Source: Pseudomonadota bacterium
GTDB taxonomy: Bacteria; Pseudomonadota; Alphaproteobacteria; Rhizobiales; Rhizobiaceae
Length of the DNA stretch: 24,000 nt
Assembly (NCBI GenBank): GCA_023419535.1
Contig: JAEZXX010000072.1
Location: 55,011 to 79,010, forward strand
Direction: 5' to 3'
Part shown: in pieces, positions 8,090-16,076 of the stretch
Layout of the letters: every line of letters starts with the position of its first letter
Position numbering within the stretch: position 1 is the stretch's first letter
Program-made: the position numbers and the translations under genes
The notes under the pieces: generated by a model
Seen by the model: the letters and a program-made list of their open reading frames with translations, nothing else
The model's database searches: none
Told to the model about the DNA's origin: nothing

Positions 8090-9061
8090 ATGAACATGAT
8101 CAAGACGGGCATGCTGATCGCCGTCATGACCGCCCTCTTCATGGGCGTCGGCGCCCTGATCGGCGGCAGCCAGGGCATGATGATCGCCTTCGCGATCGCC
8201 GTCGTCATGAACCTCTTCGCCTACTGGAACTCCGACAAGATGGTGCTGCGCATGCACCACGCCCACGAGGTCGACGAGCGCAGCGCGCCCGACTACTACC
8301 GCATGGTGCAGGGGCTGGCCGCCCAGGCGGGCCTGCCGATGCCCAAGGTCTACATCATCGAGAACGACCAGCCGAACGCCTTCGCGACCGGCCGCAACCC
8401 GCAGAACGCGGCCGTTGCGGCGACGACGGGCCTGCTCCAGCGCCTGACCCCCGAGGAGGTCGCGGGCGTCATGGCGCACGAGCTGGCGCACGTGCAGAAC
8501 CGCGACACGCTGATCATGACCATCACCGCGACGCTCGCCGGCGCGATCTCCATGCTCGGCAATTTCGCCTTCTTCTTCGGCGGCTCGGGGGGCGACAACC
8601 GCAACCCGCTCGGCATTATCGGCGTGCTCCTGGCCATGATCGTCGCGCCGCTGGCCGCGATGCTCGTGCAGATGGCGATCTCGCGCACCCGCGAATATTC
8701 CGCCGACCGCCGCGGCGCCGAGATCTGCGGCAACCCGATCTGGCTCGCCTCGGCGCTGCAGAAGATCGCCGTCGCGGCCGGGCGCACCGTCAATGTCGAC
8801 GCCGAGCGCAATCCGGCGACGGCGCACATGTTCATCATCAACCCTTTGAACGGCCAGCGCGCCGACGCCCTGTTCTCGACCCACCCCGACACCGGCAACC
8901 GCATCGCGGCGCTCCAGCAGATGGCGGCGGAGATGGGCGCCGGGCGGGCCGCGCCGGCCCGTGCCGAGAGCGCCTTCGGTGCCGGGCTCCGCCACACCGG
9001 CGGCCAGCGCGGCCCGTGGACCGGTGGCGGGTCCTCCTCCAGCCAGGGCCCCTGGGGTTGA
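8090..9061 (+). CDS. htpX: Zinc metalloprotease HtpX (peptidase M48)
   Basis: 323 aa starting at ATG 8090 with a GGAGAC SD. N-terminal TM helices, NAFATGRNP, the HEXXH motif [13 protein letters not shown], and [10 protein letters not shown]. Confidence 0.95.
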   Translation: MNMIKTGMLIAVMTALFMGVGALIGGSQGMMIAFAIAVVMNLFAYWNSDKMVLRMHHAHEVDERSAPDYYRMVQGLAAQAGLPMPKVYIIENDQPNAFATGRNPQNAAVAATTGLLQRLTPEEVAGVMAHELAHVQNRDTLIMTITATLAGAISMLGNFAFFFGGSGGDNRNPLGIIGVLLAMIVAPLAAMLVQMAISRTREYSADRRGAEICGNPIWLASALQKIAVAAGRTVNVDAERNPATAHMFIINPLNGQRADALFSTHPDTGNRIAALQQMAAEMGAGRAAPARAESAFGAGLRHTGGQRGPWTGGGSSSSQGPWG

Positions 9062-10443
9062 GCGCGCCGAAGGGCGGCGCGCCGGGAGCGAAGACCAGGG
9101 GACCGAAGGAGAGATTCGAGCCCGCGCGCCCGGGCCTCGCCAGCCGGCAGGTGGCAACGCGCCTGCTGTCGGCCGTCGTCGACGCGAAGACCTCGCTCGA
9201 CGGACTGACCGACCCGAGCGGCGGACATCCGGGCTACCGGGCGCTGGAGCCGCGCGATCAGGCGCTGGTGCGGGCGATCCTGGCGACCGCCCTGCGGTTT
9301 CGCGGCACGATCGAGGGGCTGGTCTCGGGCGCGATCGAGCGCCCGCTGCCCGAGGGCGCGGTGTCGCTGCGCCATCTTCTCCATGTCGGCGCCGCGCAGA
9401 TCCTCTTTCTCGACGTGCCCGATTCGGCGGCGGTGGACCTCGCGGTCGCGGCCGCCAGCGAGGACCCGCGCAACAGGCGCTTCGCCGGGCTCGTCAACGC
9501 CGTCCTGCGTCGGATCGCGCGCGAGGCGGTGGAGCGCCCGCACCTGTCCCGCGACCCGATGGCGGACATGGCGCCGTGGCTCCGCGAGCGTCTGACACGG
9601 GTGTACGGGGCGGAGCGGACGGGCGCGATCGCGGCGGCGCACCTGACGCCCGCGCCCATCGACCTGACCGTGACGGGCGATCCGGAGGGCTGGGCGGAGC
9701 GGCTCGGCGGCCGGGCGCTCCCGGGCGGGACCGTGCGCCTCGACCGGCTGGACGGGCCGGTGACGACCCTTCCCGGTTTCGAGGATGGCCATTGGTGGGT
9801 GCAGGACGCGGCGGCGGCCATTCCCGCCCGGCTCCTGCCCGGCATCGCGGGGCGGCGCGTCGCCGACCTGTGCGCCGCGCCCGGCGGCAAGACCGCGCAG
9901 CTCGCGGCGGCGGGCGCGCGCGTGACCGCCTTCGACATCTCGGCCAGCCGCCTGAAGCGGCTTCAGGCGAACCTGACGCGGCTGAGGCTCGACGCCGAGA
10001 CGCGGCTCGGCGACATCCGCGAGATCGAGCCCGAACCCTTCGACGCCGTCCTCCTCGACGCGCCCTGCTCGTCGACCGGCACGATCCGCCGGCACCCGGA
10101 CGTCGGCTGGACCAAGAGCGCCGAGGAGGTGGAGAAGCTCGCGCGCGTCCAGGCCGGGCTGCTCGACCGCGCGGCCGACTTCGTGGCGCCCGGCGGCCGG
10201 CTCGTCTTCTCCAACTGCTCCCTCGACCCGGCGGAGGGCGAGGCGGTCATCGAGGCCTTCCTCGCCGCGCATCCGGCCTTCTCGCGCGAGCCGGCGACCC
10301 CGGCCGAACTGCCGGGGCTGGCACGGGCCATCGATGCGCGCGGCGACGTCCGCACGACGCCGGATATGGATTTCGGGGCGTCGCAGGGGGCGATCCCGGG
10401 GCTCGACGGCTTTTTCGCCGCGCGGCTTCGGCGCGACGCGTGA
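9058..10443 (+). CDS. rsmB: 16S rRNA (cytosine-C5)-methyltransferase RsmB/Sun
   Basis: This is the C-terminal ~460 codons of track ORF 7519-10443; the upstream part of that ORF is antisense or off-frame junk. Motifs: SAM site [34 protein letters not shown], and an N-terminal NusB-like region. There is no in-frame ATG near the true N-terminus. The best candidate start is TTG 9058-9060, overlapping the htpX stop (TTGA); GTG 9151 is the alternative. Confidence 0.88.
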   Translation: MSAPKGGAPGAKTRGPKERFEPARPGLASRQVATRLLSAVVDAKTSLDGLTDPSGGHPGYRALEPRDQALVRAILATALRFRGTIEGLVSGAIERPLPEGAVSLRHLLHVGAAQILFLDVPDSAAVDLAVAAASEDPRNRRFAGLVNAVLRRIAREAVERPHLSRDPMADMAPWLRERLTRVYGAERTGAIAAAHLTPAPIDLTVTGDPEGWAERLGGRALPGGTVRLDRLDGPVTTLPGFEDGHWWVQDAAAAIPARLLPGIAGRRVADLCAAPGGKTAQLAAAGARVTAFDISASRLKRLQANLTRLRLDAETRLGDIREIEPEPFDAVLLDAPCSSTGTIRRHPDVGWTKSAEEVEKLARVQAGLLDRAADFVAPGGRLVFSNCSLDPAEGEAVIEAFLAAHPAFSREPATPAELPGLARAIDARGDVRTTPDMDFGASQGAIPGLDGFFAARLRRDA

Positions 10444-10450
10444 ACGCGCG

Positions 10451-11056
10451 CTAGATCGCACGCTCCTCCAGGATCCTCGACGTCTTCGCGACGTTGAAGG
10501 GCTGGATGACGAGCTTCGTCCAGCGCCGCCGGACCATGACGGCGGTCTCTTCGCCGAGCGGCGTGAGGCGCGGTTCGGCCCGCCACCCTTCGTTCAAAGG
10601 GAAGTCGTTCTCACGCGCGTCGTAGGCCAGCTGGGCCGCGGCGGCACTGGCCCAGACCTTCGCGGGATCGACGGGATAGGGGTAGCTGCCCGTGGCGTAG
10701 TAGCCGAAGAACCGCATCTTCAACCGGATGGTCCGGTTTCGGATGTTCTCGTGGGAGAAGAAGGCGTGCGGGACCTGCTGCGTGCACTCTATGCACGGGC
10801 TCCACCGGCCGAAGAGCATGACGGTCGCGTTGTTCGGGATGGCCTTGAAGTTCTCCGTGGCGGCGCTCAGGGCCTGAAGGAGCAGATGTTCGACGTGAAC
10901 GCCGTGCTTGACGAAGGACCGGTCGATCTGAAGGTATTTGTTCGAGTTCGGATCGCTGATGGCGACGACGCCGAGCATGTTGGTCGAGAAGGTGTGGTCG
11001 GCGATCTGCAGCTCCCATTCGCAGCGCTCCTGCGCGGCGTTCGCAAGCCGTCCCAT
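10451..11056 (-). CDS. Stand-alone AID/APOBEC-like zinc-dependent (cytidine) deaminase-fold protein
   Basis: 201-aa ORF starting at ATG 11054-11056 with GGAGG 6 nt upstream. It has H54-V-E56 (10889-10897) and P87-C-I-E-C91 (10784-10798), i.e. HxE-x30-PCxxC. The local context HVEHLLL...FGRWSPCIECTQQV...IRLKMRFFGYY resembles vertebrate AID. GC is lower than in flanking genes. The function call is pattern-based, not a database hit. Confidence 0.7.
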   Translation of the reverse strand: MGRLANAAQERCEWELQIADHTFSTNMLGVVAISDPNSNKYLQIDRSFVKHGVHVEHLLLQALSAATENFKAIPNNATVMLFGRWSPCIECTQQVPHAFFSHENIRNRTIRLKMRFFGYYATGSYPYPVDPAKVWASAAAAQLAYDARENDFPLNEGWRAEPRLTPLGEETAVMVRRRWTKLVIQPFNVAKTSRILEERAI

Positions 11057-11293
11057 CGAAACCTCCGCCCGCCCAACCTTCCGCTAGGGCAGGTTTGCAC
11101 AGCCATGGGTGGTGCGCAAGCGTGCCGCCTGGCGCTCGAAAGACCAAGGCCACGTCGCGGATCGACCGGTTCGCACGCTTTCATCGCCCCGTCTTAGGGA
11201 AGCGTTTACCTCGATCCGGGAAACTTCGGACGGGGGTCGCACGGCGGGAGCGGCCCTCGCGGATGCGAACCCAAGAGGCGGGGACAGAAGGTC

Positions 11294-12979
11294 ATGGCGG
11301 CCGAATTCATCGACGACCCGCGTCTGGCCGCGCTGACGGCGCGCGAAGCGGCGCGGCGGCTGCGGCGCGGCCTGCGGCTTCCGGCCCTCTCCTTCCTCTA
11401 CCGGCGCTCGCGCGAGAACGACCGGCTGCTCGCGCTTCCGCGCGATCTGGAGCGCGGCACGGCCGCGATCGCCGAGGCCATCTATTCCGGCGTGTTCGAT
11501 CTCGCCGGCCACCGCATCGTCGCGACGGAGCGCTCGCCGTTCCTGGAGGCCGAGGCCCCGGCCGCCTGGCGCGAGGCGCTCGTCTCCTTCGAATGGCTGC
11601 GCCACCTCAGCGAGGTCGAGGACGCGCTCGCCAGCGAGAACGCCCGCGCGCTGCTGCGCGATTTCCTGGCGCCCGCTCCGCGACGCCGCCTGGCGCCCTC
11701 GCAGCGCCCGGACGTCGCCGCGACGCGTGTGATCTCGCTCCTCTCGCATGCGCCGCTTCTGCTTCAGAACGCCGATTCGCCCTTCCGGCGCCGCTTTCTC
11801 GACGCGCTCGCCGCCGAGACGCGGGCGCTCAAGCGCGCCGCGCCCGAGACGGCCGAGGGCCTGCCGCGGCTGAAGGTGCGCATCGCGCTCGCCTTCGCGG
11901 CGCTCTGCCTGCCGGGCCGCTGCGACGCCCGGTCCGCCTCGGCGCATTTGAGCGACGAGCTCGACCGCCAGATCTTCCCCGACGGCGGCCACGCCTCACG
12001 CAATCCGCAGGCGATCGCGGTGCTGCTCAAGCTGCTCCTGCCGTTGCGCCAGCTCTATTCGGCGCGCGGCATGGCCGTTCCGCGCCCGCTCTTTGGCGCG
12101 ATCGACCGCATGCTGCCGGCGCTGCGCTTCTTCCTGCACGGCGACGGCGCGACGGCCCTCTTCAACGGCGCGGGCCTCGTGCCGGTGCCGCTCGTCGCGG
12201 CGCTGGTGCGTCAGGACGAGACGCTCGGCGAGCCCGTCGGCCACATGCGCCAGTCCGGCTATCAGCGCCTGGTGCGCGGCGGCACGACGATCGTCGCCGA
12301 CACCGGCCTTGCCCCGCCGACCGCGCTCTCGGGCGACAGCCACGCAGGAACGCTCGCCTTCGAATTCTCCTCCGGGCGCCAGCGCTTCGTCGTCAATTGC
12401 GGCGCGCCGGCGGCCGGCCACGAGGCGCACCGGCGCCTCGCCAGAGCCACCGCCGCCCATTCGACGCTGACGCTCGGCGACCGCTCCTCGGCGCGCTTCG
12501 CGCGCTCCGAGCGGCTCGACCGCTTCCTCGGCTCGCCGGTCGTCGCGGGGCCCTCGCGCGTGCCCTCCGCCTGCGAGGAGGTGGCCGAGGGCCAGCTCCT
12601 GACGGCGGCGCACGACGGCTACAGGCTGGCCTTCGGCCTCGTCCACGAGCGCGAGATCCTGCTCTGGCGCGACGGACTGCGCATCGAGGGCGCCGACCGG
12701 CTGCACCCGGCGGCGGGACGGGCGCGGATGCTCGGGCCCGCTCCGGAGGCCACGCTCCGCTTCCATCTCCACCCCGACGTGGTGGCCGGCGAGGCCGGGC
12801 GGGGCATTCGCCTGGCGGCCGGCGAGGAGGTCTGGTGGTTCTTCTGCGACCAGCAAGGGACGCTCGAGGATTCCGTCTTCTTCGCCGGTGCCAAGGGCCC
12901 GCGCCGCACGCGCCAGATCGTGGTGACGATGGAGCCGGGCGCGGCTCAGGCGAACTGGCGTTTCGAGCGCCAGCGTTGA
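11294..12979 (+). CDS. Heparinase II/III family protein (conserved alphaproteobacterial protein of unknown role)
   Basis: 561 aa starting at ATG 11294. Recognisable segments: FEWLRHL, IFPDGGHASRNP, and SHAGTLAFEFSSGRQRFVVNCG (heparinase II/III-like C-terminal domain pattern). No signal peptide. From memory, homologues sit next to rsmB in many Rhizobiales. Confidence 0.8.
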   Translation: MAAEFIDDPRLAALTAREAARRLRRGLRLPALSFLYRRSRENDRLLALPRDLERGTAAIAEAIYSGVFDLAGHRIVATERSPFLEAEAPAAWREALVSFEWLRHLSEVEDALASENARALLRDFLAPAPRRRLAPSQRPDVAATRVISLLSHAPLLLQNADSPFRRRFLDALAAETRALKRAAPETAEGLPRLKVRIALAFAALCLPGRCDARSASAHLSDELDRQIFPDGGHASRNPQAIAVLLKLLLPLRQLYSARGMAVPRPLFGAIDRMLPALRFFLHGDGATALFNGAGLVPVPLVAALVRQDETLGEPVGHMRQSGYQRLVRGGTTIVADTGLAPPTALSGDSHAGTLAFEFSSGRQRFVVNCGAPAAGHEAHRRLARATAAHSTLTLGDRSSARFARSERLDRFLGSPVVAGPSRVPSACEEVAEGQLLTAAHDGYRLAFGLVHEREILLWRDGLRIEGADRLHPAAGRARMLGPAPEATLRFHLHPDVVAGEAGRGIRLAAGEEVWWFFCDQQGTLEDSVFFAGAKGPRRTRQIVVTMEPGAAQANWRFERQR

Positions 12980-13010
12980 CGGCGCCCGCCTTCCCCCCAG
13001 CTATCGCCGC

Positions 13011-13157
13011 ATGCGAAGCGCGATCCTTCTCCTTCTCGTCCTGACCCTGTCGGCCTGCGGCGGCCTGAACCGGGCCGTCGGCGTCCTCCCCAACACGCTC
13101 GACGATCTGGCGCAGGAGCGCGAGCGGGCGAGGGGCGAGACGCCGCCCCGCGCCTGA
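13011..13157 (+). CDS. Possible small lipoprotein (48 aa)
   Basis: Below the ORF-track size cut-off. It reads ATG 13011 to TGA 13155-13157: MRSAILLLLVLTLSACGGLNRAVGVLPNTLDDLAQERERARGETPPRA. It has a textbook lipoprotein signal peptide with lipobox L-S-A-C. No convincing SD, so confidence is moderate to low. Confidence 0.45.
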   Translation: MRSAILLLLVLTLSACGGLNRAVGVLPNTLDDLAQERERARGETPPRA

Positions 13158-13161
13158 AGGG

Positions 13162-13851
13162 TCAGTTTCGGTCCTGGTCGGGCTTGGCCGGATCGGCGGC
13201 GTCCTCCACGTCGACCAGCGGACGCACGAAATCGCCCGTCTCCGGGTCCATCGCCCAGAGCTCGCCCGAGGAGATGTCGAACCAGGCGCCGTGCAGCGTC
13301 AGCTCGCCCGCCCTCTCGCGCGCTGCGATGTCGGGGAAGGAGCGCAGATTGCCGAGCGAGTGGCGGATGGAGATGCGCTCCAGCGCGGTCTGTCGCTCGG
13401 ACGCCGTCATGAGCTCGTTGGCGCCGACGGCATCGGCGACGGGGCGCACCAGACTCATCCACTTGCCGATGAAGTCGCCCTGCGAGAGCGGCACGGCCTC
13501 CGGATCGAGCGCGGCCTTGATGCCGCCGCAGCGCCCGTGGCCCATCACCACGATATGACGGACCTTGAGGGCCACCACCGCGAACTCCAGCGCGGCGGAG
13601 GTGCCGTGGAACTCGCCGTCGGGCGTGTAGGGCGGCACGAGATTGGCGACGTTGCGCACCACGAAGAGTTCGCCCGGGGCCGAGCCGAAGATGGTCTCGG
13701 GCGCGGCGCGCGAATCGCAGCAGGCGACGACCATGGTCTGCGGCGCCTGACCGTCCCGCGCGAGCGAGCGGTAGGTCGCGGTCTCGGCCAGATAGCGCCC
13801 CTCGATGAAGCTGCGGTAGCCGGCGAGGAGATGGTCGGGAAGGATGGTCAT
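13162..13851 (-). CDS. Beta-class carbonic anhydrase
   Basis: Zinc-ligand motifs VVACCDSRAAPE (CxDxR) and VMGHGRCGGI (HxxC), plus FVVRNVANLVPP. The track start at 13857 is a TTG; I use ATG 13849-13851 (MTILPDHLLAGYRSF...). Confidence 0.92.
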   Translation of the reverse strand: MTILPDHLLAGYRSFIEGRYLAETATYRSLARDGQAPQTMVVACCDSRAAPETIFGSAPGELFVVRNVANLVPPYTPDGEFHGTSAALEFAVVALKVRHIVVMGHGRCGGIKAALDPEAVPLSQGDFIGKWMSLVRPVADAVGANELMTASERQTALERISIRHSLGNLRSFPDIAARERAGELTLHGAWFDISSGELWAMDPETGDFVRPLVDVEDAADPAKPDQDRN

Positions 13852-14191
13852 GGGCAAACCGTTGCTTGTCGGACGAAGGATTTCAGCGGGCCGGCAACTC
13901 GGGCATCACCTGGCGCTTATAGGCGTCGAACACGGGGATGGTGAAGTCCGTGTCGCCGTTCCGGTGCGACGGGACCCATGCCCTTGCGTGTGCGATCGGA
14001 TCTGCCCCGGCCCGACGCCGCGATCTTCGGCTCCGGCGGACCGGCGATCGTCTCCGACTTGTGGAGGGCCGGGCCGAGTTCGGCAAGGCCCGCCCGCCGC
14101 GCCGTCCCCGACCGGTCGCAGCGGTGCCGGACGACGCTCGTCTGGGGGCTGCGACACCGCTCGCGGCGGCCGCTCCCCGAGGGGTGAAAGC

Positions 14192-15814
<1,623 letters not shown>

Positions 15815-16076
15815 GCGGGAGAATTCCAGGAGGACGCGGGGGGCCGAAGCCGCCTCAAACCACTCCGCTCCGCGCCGCGCAAGGGACCGCAGCGCGGCTC
15901 GCAAGGCCTGTCGGCCACGACTTCTCCTGAACGGCGGCGTCCGGTCGATGACCGCGCGCCCTGCACCGATCCCGACGCGCTCGCATCGTCCCGGCCGCGC
16001 GGAGACGCGCGGGCACGACCGGTTTCCGGCGCGCGACGGGTCGCCTCCCGGAGAGGAACCGGCCGGGGGATCGTCC

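Noticed and set aside
7519-9057. N-terminal 513 codons of the 974-aa track ORF 7519-10443; also 8042-9157 and 8350-10461 on the minus strand, and 8961-10454 on the plus strand
   Set aside because: This stretch runs antisense through the thermonuclease and DUF1674 genes and off-frame through htpX. Only the C-terminal ~460 codons look like a protein (RsmB). The others are antisense or off-frame to htpX and rsmB.
11090-11126. Imperfect palindrome TTTGCAC-agccatgggtg-GTGCGCAA in the deaminase/heparinase-like divergent region, considered as an operator
   Set aside because: The arms match only partially (about 7 of 8 with an offset), and I could not pair it with convincing -35/-10 elements. Too weak to call.
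10456-11179. 9-bp direct repeat TCGCACGCT (10456-10464 and 11171-11179) bracketing the deaminase gene, considered as a target-site duplication
   Set aside because: The left copy lies inside the last codons of the ORF. A single 9-mer match between two short GC-rich windows is not improbable by chance, and no terminal inverted repeats or mobility gene accompany it.
11095-13044. 649-aa plus-strand ORF, plus minus-strand ORFs 11084-11992 and 11996-12856, overlapping the heparinase-like gene
   Set aside because: Alternative frames of 11294-12979 with Arg/Ala/Pro-rich composition. The 11294 frame carries the recognisable family motifs and the GC3 bias.
15995-16012. Hairpin CCGCGCG-gaga-CGCGCGG downstream of the autotransporter stop, considered as a terminator
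   Set aside because: Strong GC stem but no U-tract, and it lies 65 nt from the stop. Function cannot be supported from sequence alone.
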